Origin: an uncultured bacterium
GTDB lineage: Bacteria > Krumholzibacteriota > Krumholzibacteriia > LZORAL124-64-63
DNA length: 64,000 nucleotides
Reading direction: 5' to 3'
Assembly: GCA_963732385.1 (NCBI GenBank)
Contig: CAVSZB010000008.1
Location: forward strand, 160,001-224,000
In this document: one piece after another, positions 1-10,111 of the stretch
How positions within the stretch are numbered: the stretch's first letter is position 1
How the letters are laid out: every line of letters starts with the position of its first letter
Program-made: the position numbers and the translations under genes
Notes under the pieces: generated by a model
Databases searched by the model: none
What the model saw: only the letters and a program-made list of their open reading frames with translations
What the model was told of the DNA's origin: nothing

Positions 1-852
1 GTGAAGGCGATGACGCCGGCGCAGGTTCTGGCTGCGTGTCGCGCCGTCTGGAAGCCGGAGAACCTCTCCATCCTGGCCGTGGGCAATCCCGCGGACTGGG
101 ACGGCGACCTGACCGTGTTCGGACCGGTCAACAGGGTGGACATCACGATTCCCGAGCCGAAGATCGCCTTCAGCGTGCCGGCCGCTACTCCCGGGTCTCT
201 CGCGAGGGGGCAGGAGCTGCTCGCGAAGGCGGCCGGCGCGATCGGCGCGAAGCCGCTCGCCGGTCTGAAGGGGTGGCATCGCAGCCAGAAGCTGTCGGCC
301 ACGATCCAGGGTATGGCGCTCGACTTTGGCATGGAGGATACGGCAGTCCTGCCGGACCGGATGCGGATCGTTCAGACGACACCGTTTGGCACCATGACCC
401 AGGTGATCAATGGCCAGGGCGGCTGGGCCGAGTCTCCCAACGGGCGGAAGGTCATCGGGGCCGAGGAGGCCGCGAAGGCGCGCGAGACGATGGAGACCGA
501 GATGCTGCGCGTCCTGCGCGACCGGGCGTTGCTCACCTGCCAGGCCCTCGATCCGGCGCAGGTCGACGGGCGGATGTACGAGCGGGTCTACGTGACCGGC
601 GCTGGCGGGGACTACCTGCTCTACTATCTCGACCCGGCCACCGGACTGCCGGCGATCGAGGAGACGAAGGCGCAGTCGATGGTGACGGGGGCGCCGGTCA
701 CGCAGCAGACGGTGTATGGCGAGTACGGGGTCTTCGGTGGCCTGAAGCTCGCGAAGACTGTCACCATCAAGCACGATGGCGAGGTGTTCGCCACCGGATC
801 GCTCGAATCGTTCGAGGCGAATCCGGCGGTCACGGCCGAGACCTTCAAGTAG
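1..852 (+). CDS. C-terminal part of a probable M16 (insulinase-like) peptidase with a C-terminal beta-rich extension; 5' end outside the window
   Basis: The start 'MTPAQVLAACRAVWKPENLSILAVGN' resembles the end of an M16 C-domain and is followed by a LolA-like beta-rich domain. Stop TAG at 850-852. Confidence 0.55.
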   Translation: MKAMTPAQVLAACRAVWKPENLSILAVGNPADWDGDLTVFGPVNRVDITIPEPKIAFSVPAATPGSLARGQELLAKAAGAIGAKPLAGLKGWHRSQKLSATIQGMALDFGMEDTAVLPDRMRIVQTTPFGTMTQVINGQGGWAESPNGRKVIGAEEAAKARETMETEMLRVLRDRALLTCQALDPAQVDGRMYERVYVTGAGGDYLLYYLDPATGLPAIEETKAQSMVTGAPVTQQTVYGEYGVFGGLKLAKTVTIKHDGEVFATGSLESFEANPAVTAETFK

Positions 853-949
853 GAATCATGGCCCGGAGGGGAGCGGCTCCGCAGGGGGCCGCGCTCATTT
901 CAGCGGTGCGGCATCACTGCGATTGACCGGGCGGAGATGGAGTGGTAGC

Positions 950-1077
950 CTAGATTCGCGCGGGCGCCTGAGGCGCCCGCGCGATCGGAAAGATGGGCCG
1001 CTTCACGGTCACCGAGGGCAATCCAAGGTTGCGCCGCCTTGAGCTCGAGTCCTGGGTCGTCACCTATGAAGCAGCCT
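950..1077 (-). ncRNA. Candidate structured non-coding RNA (rod-like hairpin plus 3' hairpin)
   Basis: Minus-strand extended -10 TGaTACAAT (1092-1084) puts the start at about 1077. 5' GGCUGCUUCA pairs with UGAAGCGGCC (1006-997), with further inner stems. A 13-bp hairpin follows at 956-984. Confidence 0.45.
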
Positions 1078-1202
1078 GGGTATATTGTATCATATTTCAC
1101 GATACTTTTCCTGAATTATTGATAGAACGGTATAATCTCCGCTTTAGCGATCGTATGCTGGATGCTCTGCGTCGTGGCAACAGACCGGCGTCGCTAGTGC
1201 GT

Positions 1203-2837
1203 ATGGGGCTTTGCGCCGGTGCTGCGGTCCTGCTGGTCGCGTTCCTGCTGGTCGTTCCGGCTCTGGCGGGGCCCCCCTCGACCCCTTCGTCCAATTCCTC
1301 CTGCGTCGAGCCCGACCTGCGCGATGTGCCGTGGACGGTGTTGCGACGGCTCACGCTCACTGCCGGTCTCGCCGGGCCCTCCTTCGGCCCTCTGGCGCGT
1401 TCGGAGCTGACGGCGTTGTTGCGCGCGGCCGGGCCGGCGCTTGACGATCCCGACGAGCGCGCCATCGTGGCGCGGTTGCTGGTCGCCTGGACCGACCCGG
1501 ACGACACACGGTCGCTGCGGGTCGGAACGCGTTTGCGTCTGGCGCAGAGCGATCTCGGTACGGTCGCCACGGGTGAGGCGGGACTCGCGAACCCCCCCGG
1601 GCTGTCACTCGGTCTCGAACCAGCGTTGTCTGGCGCCGCGGGCCGGTGGTGGGGTGCGGTGACGCCGCGTCTGACCGGCCGCCTCGCCGCGACCGGACGG
1701 ATTCCGCCCGCGTCACTACTCTACGCCGACTGGCCTCTCGCCACGGGCGCGCCGGTGTGGCGTGATGCGCGGCTCGCGGGCGATGCCTGGCGCCTGACGT
1801 GGCCGCGCGCCGTGGCCGGGGTGCGGCTCGGGGGTTGGGCACTCTCACTCGGCTGGAGTCCGGCGCGCGACGGTCCGGGCGAGGGGGGAGGGCTGCTCCT
1901 GGACGCGACCGGTCCCGCGTTTCCGGCGCTGACGCTGCGGCGCGCGGCGCCGTTGGTCTGGCGCGGGCCGCTCCGACCGTTCGCGCCCGACGCCCTGCTC
2001 GTGCGCTTGGGGCGGGTCTCGGAGCAGACGGTGAGGATCGGTGACGGCTGGTCGATCGACGAACCGCGCCGCGACGAACCGTGGTTCGGGCAGTGGCTGC
2101 TGGCGTGGACGCCCGTCCGCTGGCTGACTGCCGGAGCGTCGTTGAGCGCGCTGGCCCTGCCGCGCTCCGGATCGCTCCTGCCGGACCTCCTGCAGGTGGC
2201 GGTGCCGGTGCTCTCGACCACCCGCACGGAGATGGAAAGGGGTCCGGTCACCGACCGGCTGTTCGCCGTGAATCTCGAGGGGCGCTGGCGGCGGGCGCCG
2301 TGGCCGCTGTTGCCGTCCGCGGCAGGACGGGTCTACTGGGAGTACGCCGGCGAGGACTTCAATCCGCCCGGCGTCGTGCCGCTGTTGCCGCAGATATCGG
2401 CGCCGGCGTCGGTGGCCGGCTTGGAGCTGGTCGGGGCCCGCTGGGACCTGGCCGCGGAGTACACGGAGCTGGAGCATCCCCTGGTCCTGTGGTACGGCCA
2501 CGCTGTCATCACCGATGGCTACACCCACCGGGGTTGGCTGCTCGGTCATCCGCTCGGCGGCACGGGGGCGTCGTTCGCCGGGGCGCTGCGCTGGCGGCCG
2601 CGCCGCGCCGGCCTCGAACTGGCGTTGCGCGGCGAGCGCGCCACCGCCGGTCGTCGCGGGCTGACGCCGTCACACTCCGTGCGACGTACCTGGGAGCTCG
2701 ATCTGCGTCCCGCGCACGGATTGGGCGCCTGGGGTCTGGAGGTGGCGCGGGTGGAGGAGCGGGTCTCGCCGTACGCTCCCGACGCGGCCGGCGCACGCAC
2801 GGCATGGTGGCGGGCGGCAGTCGTGCTCCGGCGCTAG
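1203..2837 (+). CDS. Capsule assembly Wzi-family outer-membrane beta-barrel
   Basis: Signal peptide MGLCAGAAVLLVAFLLVVPALA. Wzi-like motifs 'GPGEGGGLLL', 'YWEYAGED' and 'GYTHRGWLLGHPLG'. TATAAT at 1132-1137 upstream. The 993 start is probably too long. Confidence 0.7.
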   Translation: MGLCAGAAVLLVAFLLVVPALAGPPSTPSSNSSCVEPDLRDVPWTVLRRLTLTAGLAGPSFGPLARSELTALLRAAGPALDDPDERAIVARLLVAWTDPDDTRSLRVGTRLRLAQSDLGTVATGEAGLANPPGLSLGLEPALSGAAGRWWGAVTPRLTGRLAATGRIPPASLLYADWPLATGAPVWRDARLAGDAWRLTWPRAVAGVRLGGWALSLGWSPARDGPGEGGGLLLDATGPAFPALTLRRAAPLVWRGPLRPFAPDALLVRLGRVSEQTVRIGDGWSIDEPRRDEPWFGQWLLAWTPVRWLTAGASLSALALPRSGSLLPDLLQVAVPVLSTTRTEMERGPVTDRLFAVNLEGRWRRAPWPLLPSAAGRVYWEYAGEDFNPPGVVPLLPQISAPASVAGLELVGARWDLAAEYTELEHPLVLWYGHAVITDGYTHRGWLLGHPLGGTGASFAGALRWRPRRAGLELALRGERATAGRRGLTPSHSVRRTWELDLRPAHGLGAWGLEVARVEERVSPYAPDAAGARTAWWRAAVVLRR

Positions 2838-2882
2838 ATTGGCGCCAGCCTTCGCCACGAGCGGAGGCGGAAGGAGATCGCC

Positions 2883-3452
2883 ATGCCGAAGCCGCCCCTG
2901 CTGCCCGTGCCGGACTGGACCGCCATCTTCGCGTCGGGCCGTCCCTTCGCCGCCTGGATCGGGGATGGTGAAGCGGAGGAGAACCGCCGCCGGATGGCAA
3001 CCGATGCCGAAACGCTGTCGCTGACGGCGGCGGACATGGCCCTGTTGCGGGACCTGCCGCGTCCCGTGCATGTGGTCGCGATCGCGGAGGACTGGTGCGG
3101 CGACGTAGTGCGGCATGTGCCGGTGCTCGAGCGGCTCGCCCGCGCCACCGACCGGCTGCGCGTGCGCTACATCGCCCGCGCCGACCACCCCGATCTTTTC
3201 GTCCGCTACCTCACGAACGGCGGCGAGGCCATCCCCAGGTTCATCTTCCTGAGCGACCGCTTCGCGGAATGCGGGAACTGGGGCCCGATGCCGGCCGGCT
3301 GCCGCGAACGGATCGCCCGTGGCAAGGCGTGCGCCGACGTGCCGGCGGCGCGACGGCTGGTGGCCGCGGCCTATGCCGCCGACCCGGGCCGGCGCGAGGT
3401 CGTCACGGAACTGCTGCACCTGGTCGGGATCGCCTCGGCAACGGCTCCGTGA
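2883..3452 (+). CDS. Thioredoxin-fold protein (Thioredoxin_9-like, WCGD)
   Basis: Motifs 'AEDWCGD', 'YLTNGGEAIP' and 'WGPMP'. RBS AAGGAG. Confidence 0.8.
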   Translation: MPKPPLLPVPDWTAIFASGRPFAAWIGDGEAEENRRRMATDAETLSLTAADMALLRDLPRPVHVVAIAEDWCGDVVRHVPVLERLARATDRLRVRYIARADHPDLFVRYLTNGGEAIPRFIFLSDRFAECGNWGPMPAGCRERIARGKACADVPAARRLVAAAYAADPGRREVVTELLHLVGIASATAP

Positions 3453-3479
3453 GGCGGGTGGCGCGCCGGTCGGGAGGAC

Positions 3480-4535
3480 TCAGCCCTCGCGCGAGCCGAA
3501 CGCCGTCACCTCGTTCCGGTTGCTGCCGAGGCGACGCAGCTGGAACTCGGCGCCGCTGTCGGCGAGCAGGCGTTTGAGCCGCTCCAGCCGTGGGTAGTCC
3601 TCCTCGCCCCGGAACTTGACGGTCACCACGAAGCGCCGGCACCACCTTTCCCGCAGCCACTGCGCGAGCAGTTCCATGGTCCGTTCCGGGAAAGCCACCA
3701 CATCCGACAGCAGCCAGTCCACGGGCCGGTCGGCCGGCGCGTAGCGGAAGGCGTCGCCACGCACGAAAGTCAGGCGGGGATGCGCCATCAGGTCGCTCCT
3801 AAGTGGTGCGCGGTCCACCGCCGTCACCGCGGCGCCGCGCGCGAGCGCCACGTGCGTCCACCCGCCCGGTGCCGCGCCCAGATCCACGACGACTTCACCC
3901 GCCGTCACGCGCCGCCCGAGATGCATCTCCGCCTCGAGCAGCTTCCGGTAGGCGCGCGAAGGCGGCGCCGGATCCTCCGGCGGCGACACCACGCCGCCGG
4001 GAAAACGGCTCAGGCAGCGGCGCCAGCGCAACCGCGCGGCCGGTGCGCTCGCCGCGAACCAGCCGTGCCGAGGGGTCAGCAGCGCGTACTGGACGAGCCA
4101 TTCGTCGGGTGCGAAGGGGAGCGCGGGGTCGCTGGTCAGGGCGGTGGCCAGGCGTCGGCGGCGTCGGCGCAGGCGGGCCAGCGTCTCCTGCGCGATCAGC
4201 GCGGCGCGCGCCGCCCGCACCGGCGAACCGGGCCATTCGACGCCGAAGACATGCAGCCGCCACGGCCCGTCGTGTTCCGCGAGCGTCTCCGCCACGCGCG
4301 CGGCGAGCGCGTCGGCGGCGAGCTTCACCGACAGCGCGGGCAACGGTTCCGGATCGGGCAGCACCTGGGCGGCGAACGCGAGCGCTGGCGATGCCGGCGT
4401 GTCGGGCACGGCCGAGGCCAGCACCCAGCCGCGATCGGGAATGCGTCGCTGCGCGCCGGGCAGGGTCCGGCCGATCTCCTCCGCCAGGATCGTCTCCCAG
4501 TCGGGGGCGCAGGCGGCAAGCAGGTTCGGCGTCAT
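3480..4535 (-). CDS. FtsJ/RlmM-like SAM-dependent RNA 2'-O-methyltransferase
   Basis: 'PPSRAYRKLLEA', 'VDLGAAPGGWT' and 'DWLLSDV' match the RlmM/FtsJ catalytic domain. Confidence 0.75.
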   Translation of the reverse strand: MTPNLLAACAPDWETILAEEIGRTLPGAQRRIPDRGWVLASAVPDTPASPALAFAAQVLPDPEPLPALSVKLAADALAARVAETLAEHDGPWRLHVFGVEWPGSPVRAARAALIAQETLARLRRRRRRLATALTSDPALPFAPDEWLVQYALLTPRHGWFAASAPAARLRWRRCLSRFPGGVVSPPEDPAPPSRAYRKLLEAEMHLGRRVTAGEVVVDLGAAPGGWTHVALARGAAVTAVDRAPLRSDLMAHPRLTFVRGDAFRYAPADRPVDWLLSDVVAFPERTMELLAQWLRERWCRRFVVTVKFRGEEDYPRLERLKRLLADSGAEFQLRRLGSNRNEVTAFGSREG

Positions 4536-4581
4536 GACGGGATAATAGGGGAGCGGCGCCGGCGCGGCGAGCACGCGCGCA

Positions 4582-6087
4582 TCATGGCGCGGGCGCGTCC
4601 GGCGCGGGCAGCGCCCGCACGATTGGTGCCCGGGCCATCTCCGGCACCCGCTCACGCACCGTCTCGATCGCCGCCGGCAGCGGCAGCCAGACGCCGGCGC
4701 GGCCCGACAGCCAGAGCAGTGCGCCGTTGTCGCTGAACAGCGGACCGGGTGGGAGCAGAGCCGCCTCCGCCACCGCGCGGGCGGTGAATGGCCGGGCGGC
4801 GATCGCCGCGCTGCGCGCCGATTCCCAGCCCGGCATCCGCGCCGGCGCGGCCAGTTGCACCACGAACGCCGCGCCCACGAGCGCGCCGGTCAGCCCCGCC
4901 GACGTCCAGGTCGGACGGCGGGCGCGCAGCCAACCCGCAGCGCCGAGCCAGATCTCCAGCCCGAGCACCGGCAGCAGCGGGGAAAGGTGGCGCAGGGAAT
5001 GCGACAGCGCGGCGTACTGCAGGACGAGCAGCCCCGTGGTGAGCAGCAGCAGGGCGAGGGGCGACGCGGTGCGGCGCGTGCCGACGCCCCCGCGGCGCGC
5101 GAGCAGCAGGCCCGCGGCGAGCCAGAGCGGCCAGGGCAGCCAGCGGCCGGCCCGGGCCGTGAAGTAGCGCACGCCGGTGGCGGTCTTGTGCATCAGCAGT
5201 GCGGGGTCGTGGCGGAGCGTGTCCAGGAACGGTTGCGGAGTGAGTTGCCGGTAGACATCCAGACCGGGCCAGGCCGGCGTCTCCTTCACCGCCTCGCCGT
5301 AGGTCTGCAGGGCGAAGAGCGGGTCGCCGGTCAGGCGGGCGTTCCGGAGGCCCCAGGGGGCGAGCAGCAGCAGCCAGACGGCCACAGTCGCCAGTGTCGT
5401 CCGCCGCGCGCGCAGCCGGCCACGCGCCGCCATCCAGAGCACGGGGAGCCACCAGAGATCCGCTCGCACCAGGGTTGTCGCGGCGGCGAGGGCGCCGTCG
5501 ATCATGGCGGACGACACGCCGGCGGTCGGAGTCGGCGATCGCGTCGCCGCTCCGGCGCCCTCCCGCAGACGCCACCAGAGCAGCGCCAGCAGCAGCGCGG
5601 TCGGGGTTTCGCTCTGGGCCCAGCCGGTCGTCATGGCGAGCAGGGGGCTCGCCATGAGCAGCGCGAGCCACGGCGCCGCCGCCTCAGGTCGTCCGGCCCG
5701 GCGCGCGGCGCGCACGCCGCAGGCGGCCAGCAGGGCGAGCAGGAAAAGGTGCATCAGTTGCGCGGCGAGCACCGCCGCCTCCCGATCGCCGCGCGCGGCG
5801 AGCACCGGGAGCGTCAGCAGAAGAGGATAGCCGGGCGGCCGGTGGATGAGCGGCTGGGGCACGCGAGCCGCGAACGGGAAGGCGAACGACAGCGGGTAGG
5901 CCAGGTCGCAGAGGAATCCCTCGCCCAGGACGAGGTGGCTCGCCACGCTGAGATTGTCGTAGAGGTCGGAGGTGGGCTCGGGGGGGACCGGAGGGTGGAT
6001 GACAGCCCAGACGCACCCGAACACCAGACCGGCGGCGAGCGGCCAGAGCCGATTCGCGCGCCGTGTTGCCGCGCCGGTCGGCGCCAT
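4582..6087 (-). CDS. Polytopic membrane glycosyltransferase (GT-C, ArnT/PMT-like)
   Basis: Many TM helices; motifs 'HRPPGYPLLL', 'SETPTALL' and 'PWGLRN'. Confidence 0.6.
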   Translation of the reverse strand: MAPTGAATRRANRLWPLAAGLVFGCVWAVIHPPVPPEPTSDLYDNLSVASHLVLGEGFLCDLAYPLSFAFPFAARVPQPLIHRPPGYPLLLTLPVLAARGDREAAVLAAQLMHLFLLALLAACGVRAARRAGRPEAAAPWLALLMASPLLAMTTGWAQSETPTALLLALLWWRLREGAGAATRSPTPTAGVSSAMIDGALAAATTLVRADLWWLPVLWMAARGRLRARRTTLATVAVWLLLLAPWGLRNARLTGDPLFALQTYGEAVKETPAWPGLDVYRQLTPQPFLDTLRHDPALLMHKTATGVRYFTARAGRWLPWPLWLAAGLLLARRGGVGTRRTASPLALLLLTTGLLVLQYAALSHSLRHLSPLLPVLGLEIWLGAAGWLRARRPTWTSAGLTGALVGAAFVVQLAAPARMPGWESARSAAIAARPFTARAVAEAALLPPGPLFSDNGALLWLSGRAGVWLPLPAAIETVRERVPEMARAPIVRALPAPDAPAP

Positions 6088-6095
6088 GGGGCGCC

Positions 6096-6668
6096 TCAGC
6101 CGCCGCGGCTGCCGGGTTTGACCGGTGCCGAGCCGGCGGCGCAGAGCGGGCAGGCGTCGGCGGTCCAGGCCGCGACGCTGACCCGGGCCAGCGCGCGGAG
6201 CGGCACTGGCAGCCCGGCCGTGCCGCCGGTGCGATCGACCACCGCGGCCACTCCACTGACCACGCCGCCGGCCGCCTCGACCACGCGCGCCACTTCGAGC
6301 GACGAGGTGCCGCGAGTGACGACATCCTCCACGATCAGCGCCTTCTCGCCCCGCTCGATCGCGAAGCCCCGGCGCAGGGTCATCTCTCCCCCCTGCCGTT
6401 CGGTAAAGAGAAAGCGGCGGCCGAGCGCGCGCGCCACCTCGTGCCCGATCAGGATCCCGCCGAGCGCGGGCGAAACGACCACGTCGAGGTCGAGCGAGGC
6501 GTGCTGATCGGCCAGCATCCGGCCGAGTTCCCGCGCCAGCTCGGGGAACTGCAGCACGCGGGCGCACTGGAAGTATGTGTCGCTGTGCAGCCCGCTGCTG
6601 AGCAGGAAATGGCCGCGGTGCAGGGCTTCCAGTTCGGTCATCAGTTCGAGCAGTTCGTTTTCGGTCAT
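6096..6668 (-). CDS. pyrE: Orotate phosphoribosyltransferase
   Basis: 'GHFLLSSGLHSDTYFQC' and PRPP-binding 'LIVEDVVTRGTS'. Confidence 0.95.
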   Translation of the reverse strand: MTENELLELMTELEALHRGHFLLSSGLHSDTYFQCARVLQFPELARELGRMLADQHASLDLDVVVSPALGGILIGHEVARALGRRFLFTERQGGEMTLRRGFAIERGEKALIVEDVVTRGTSSLEVARVVEAAGGVVSGVAAVVDRTGGTAGLPVPLRALARVSVAAWTADACPLCAAGSAPVKPGSRGG

Positions 6669-6669
6669 G

Positions 6670-7422
6670 TCAGCGCTCCGGCAGTTCGGCCACGATTGCG
6701 CGCAGGGCGGCGGCCGGATCGGCCGCGCCCGTGATCGGGCGCCCCACGACGAGGAAATCGGCGCCGTCTGCGCAGGCGGCGGCCGGTGTGGCCACCCGCC
6801 GCTGGTCGTCTTCGCCTGCGGTCGCGGGGCGGATCCCCGGCGTGACCGCGAGCGGCGCCGCGCCGAGCGCCGCGCGGAGCCGCGGCAGATCGGGTGCGGC
6901 GCACACCAATCCGTCGCAGCCGCAGTCCCAGGCCAGACGCGCGAGGCGCACTACGCGCGCGGTGAGCGGTTCGGACGAGGGGGCGATCTCGTCCAGCTCC
7001 TCCGGTGCGAGGCTGGTCAGCACGGTTACCGCCAGCAGCGCCGGACGGGGTTCGCCGCCCCCCGACGCGGCCGCCAGCGCCTCGGCGGCCGCGGCCAGAC
7101 CGCGTCGGCCGGCCGCCGCGTGCACGGTCACGAAGGTGGCTCCGAGACGCGCGGCCACGCGGGCCGCGCCGGCGATCGTCTGCGGAATGTCGTGCCATTT
7201 GAGGTCGAGGAAGACCTCGCGCCCCTCGGCGCGCAGGCTCTCGATCACGGCCGGACCGGCCGCCGAGAACAGTTCGAGGCCGACCTTCACCAGCCGGCCG
7301 TCGGGTCCGAGGGAACGCGCAAGCGCGACGGCACGCGCGGCGTCGGGCACGTCGAGGGCAGTGATGACGCGCGCGCGCGACGGGCGGGCGCGCAGATCAG
7401 CCAGCAGTCGGGACCGGTCCAT
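6670..7422 (-). CDS. pyrF: Orotidine-5'-phosphate decarboxylase
   Basis: 'VKVGLEL', 'FLDLKWHDIPQT', 'VTPGIRP' and 'VVGRPIT'. Confidence 0.95.
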   Translation of the reverse strand: MDRSRLLADLRARPSRARVITALDVPDAARAVALARSLGPDGRLVKVGLELFSAAGPAVIESLRAEGREVFLDLKWHDIPQTIAGAARVAARLGATFVTVHAAAGRRGLAAAAEALAAASGGGEPRPALLAVTVLTSLAPEELDEIAPSSEPLTARVVRLARLAWDCGCDGLVCAAPDLPRLRAALGAAPLAVTPGIRPATAGEDDQRRVATPAAACADGADFLVVGRPITGAADPAAALRAIVAELPER

Positions 7423-7552
7423 GACAATCGCTCCGGTGGCCAGGGAGGCGGCAGGGCGATTTGCCTTGCTCGCGCGTGCGCATTTGCTTATACCCTTTGC
7501 CCTGACCGTTTGGCAATTTCATTCTCCCCGTTCCGGCCCGGGAGGGTTCTCC

Positions 7553-8812
7553 TTGCTTGACCGCAAGTTCATCCGCGACAACGAGGAAACCGTCAGGCGG
7601 GCCGTTGCGCTGAAGCGAGAGACGGTCGACATCGAAGCCTACTACGCTCGGGATGCCGCCCGGCGCGCTGCGCTCCGTGAGACGGAGGACCTGCAGGCGG
7701 CCGCCAATACCGCCAACAGGGAGATCGCCGCGCGCAGGAAGGCGGGCGACGATGCCGCCGAGGCGATCGTGCGGATGCGGGAAACCAGCGATCGTCTCAA
7801 GGAGTTGCGCGGCGTGGCCGCCACGCTCGAGGCAGAGGTCGAGGCGCTGTATCTGCGCATCCCCAACGTGCCGCACGAATCGGTGCCCGAGGGCGGGGAG
7901 GATTGCAACTGCGTTTTGCGGACCTGGGGTGAGCCATGGCTACCGGAACAGCCGGTCCGGCCGCACTGGGAGATCGGCGAGTCTCTGGGCATTTTCCATC
8001 CCGACGCCGCCGCGAGGATGTCCGGATCGGGCTTTTTCATTCTTTCCGGCGACGGCGCCCGGCTCGAGCGAGCGCTCATCAACTTCATGCTCGACGTCCA
8101 CCTGGAGCAGGGATATCGCGAGCTGATCGTGCCCTATCTGGTGGGACCGGCGGCGATGACCGGTACCGGCCAGCTCCCGAAACTCGCCGACGACATGTAC
8201 CACCTCGAGGCGGACGATCTGTACCTGATCCCCACCGCCGAGGTGCCGGTCACCAACCTGCACCGCCAGGAGACCCTGCGGCGCGAGGATTTGCCGCTGC
8301 GCTATGTGGCGTTTTCCCCCTGTTTCCGGCGGGAGGCGGGCTCGGCCGGGAAGGACACGCGCGGCATGCTGCGCGTGCACCAGTTCCATAAGGTGGAGAT
8401 GGTCCGTTTCGAACTACCCGAGGATTCCTGGGCCGCTCTGGAGACGTTGACCGATGACGCGGAGGAGGTGCTGCGCCGGCTCGAACTGCCGTACCGCGTG
8501 GTGCTGCTCGCCGCCGGCGACCTCAGCTTCGCGGCGGCCCGCTGCCATGATATCGAGGTCTGGTCGGCCGGGGTCGGTAAGTGGCTCGAGGTCTCTTCCT
8601 GCAGCAATTTCACCGATTTCCAGGCCCGTCGGGCCGGCATCCGCTGGAAGGGGCCCGACGGCGGCGGGCTCGTCCACACGCTCAACGGTTCGGGTCTGGC
8701 GCTGCCGCGTGTCGTGGCGGCTTTGCTGGAGAACGGGCAGACCCCCGCCGGCCGCGTGCGCGTGCCCGTGGCCCTGCGTCCCTACCTGGGTGGCTGCGAA
8801 CTGCTCGGCTAG
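7553..8812 (+). CDS. serS: Serine--tRNA ligase
   Basis: TTG start (MLDRKFIR) after GGAGGG. Motifs 'LIPTAEVP', 'CFRREAG', 'RVHQFHKVE', 'EVSSCSN' and 'HTLNGSGLA'. Confidence 0.97.
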   Translation: MLDRKFIRDNEETVRRAVALKRETVDIEAYYARDAARRAALRETEDLQAAANTANREIAARRKAGDDAAEAIVRMRETSDRLKELRGVAATLEAEVEALYLRIPNVPHESVPEGGEDCNCVLRTWGEPWLPEQPVRPHWEIGESLGIFHPDAAARMSGSGFFILSGDGARLERALINFMLDVHLEQGYRELIVPYLVGPAAMTGTGQLPKLADDMYHLEADDLYLIPTAEVPVTNLHRQETLRREDLPLRYVAFSPCFRREAGSAGKDTRGMLRVHQFHKVEMVRFELPEDSWAALETLTDDAEEVLRRLELPYRVVLLAAGDLSFAAARCHDIEVWSAGVGKWLEVSSCSNFTDFQARRAGIRWKGPDGGGLVHTLNGSGLALPRVVAALLENGQTPAGRVRVPVALRPYLGGCELLG

Positions 8813-8833
8813 GCCGTTGCGAGGAGGCGCTCC

Positions 8834-10111
8834 TTGTTCCCATGGCCTGCCCGCATTTTCGGTCTGCGCCGGCGTCAGCTGTTCACCATCTATGTCCTGG
8901 CCGGCAGCATTGGGATCGTGCTGGCGGTGACGCTGTTCACTCTGCGCGTCTCGCGGCAGGTCGAGCAGCAGTCGCGCCTGGCCACCCGGCTGCTTTCCAG
9001 TCTGGCCAGCCGGTCCCTGGGCGAGAATACGCCCGCGAGCATGCAGGAGATCATGCTCGCGGTGAACGAGATCCAGGTGCCGTTCATCATGACGGACAAC
9101 GCGGGCCGCCCCCTGCAGTGGAACGCGCGTGTCATCGGCGTTCCGATGCCCGAACGGCTGGCCGATCTGTATGCCGTCGACCCGGCGCACCCGGGCGATC
9201 CGGGTCTCCGCCGGATCCTGAAACTGGTGCATGAATATGATCGCGATCACGAGCCGTTCGCGATCGTGGAACCGGCGAGCGGGCGGCGGATCGGCACGCT
9301 GCACTATGGCAGTTCCGCGCTCAGTCGCCAGATCCGCTGGATGCCGTATCTTGAACTGGCGCTGCTGGCCGCGTTCTTCCTGCTGATGGTCTGGGCGATG
9401 ATGATGAGGAAGGAAGGGGAGCAGCAGCGCCTCTTCGCCGGCATGGCCAAGGAGACGGCCCATCAGTTAGGCACGCCGCTCACGGCGATGATGGGGTGGC
9501 TGCAGATCCTCCTCGATCGCCATGGCGACGACGATGAGGTGATCACCGAGCTCGGCCGCGACGTCACGCGGCTGACCAAGGTGGCCGAGCGTTTCAGCCG
9601 GATCGGTTCGCAACCGCGGCTCGATCCGGGCGATCTGACCGAGACGATCCGCTCCACGCTGGTCTATTTCGAGCGTCGGCTGCCGCATCTCGGTGGACGG
9701 GTGGATCTGCGACTCGAGGGGGCGATCCGCAATCGGGTGCGGTTCAACCGCGAACTGTTCGAGTGGGTGCTGGAGAACCTGATCAAGAACGGGATCGATG
9801 CGCTCAAGGACGGCCGCGGCACCATTGCGGTGCGGCTCGAGGACGGGCCTGGCGCAGGCGTCACCGTGCTCGTGTCCGACACCGGCGGCGGCGTGCCGGC
9901 CGGGCTGCGCAACCGCATTTTCGAACCGGGATTCACGACGAAGACGCGTGGATGGGGCATGGGCCTGGCGCTGGTGCGCCGCATCGTGACCCAGTACCAC
10001 GGTGGCAGGATCCAGGTCGTCGCGAGCGGACCGCGTGGCACGACCTTCGCCATCACGCTTCCCGGAGAAGAGGAGACCGACCGTGCCGTTCAGGATTCTG
10101 TGGGTCGATGA
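8834..10111 (+). CDS. Membrane sensor histidine kinase
   Basis: Two TM segments, H-box 'ETAHQLGTP', N-box 'ENLIKNGIDA', G-boxes 'DTGGG' and 'GWGMGL'. Confidence 0.9.
   Translation: MFPWPARIFGLRRRQLFTIYVLAGSIGIVLAVTLFTLRVSRQVEQQSRLATRLLSSLASRSLGENTPASMQEIMLAVNEIQVPFIMTDNAGRPLQWNARVIGVPMPERLADLYAVDPAHPGDPGLRRILKLVHEYDRDHEPFAIVEPASGRRIGTLHYGSSALSRQIRWMPYLELALLAAFFLLMVWAMMMRKEGEQQRLFAGMAKETAHQLGTPLTAMMGWLQILLDRHGDDDEVITELGRDVTRLTKVAERFSRIGSQPRLDPGDLTETIRSTLVYFERRLPHLGGRVDLRLEGAIRNRVRFNRELFEWVLENLIKNGIDALKDGRGTIAVRLEDGPGAGVTVLVSDTGGGVPAGLRNRIFEPGFTTKTRGWGMGLALVRRIVTQYHGGRIQVVASGPRGTTFAITLPGEEETDRAVQDSVGR

Noticed and set aside
997..1076. SRP RNA, tRNA-Sec or c-di-GMP-II riboswitch identity for the hairpin RNA
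   Set aside because: GAAGCAGCC and GCAACC fragments are present, but the SRP domain IV context, a cloverleaf with UCA anticodon and the riboswitch core are not.
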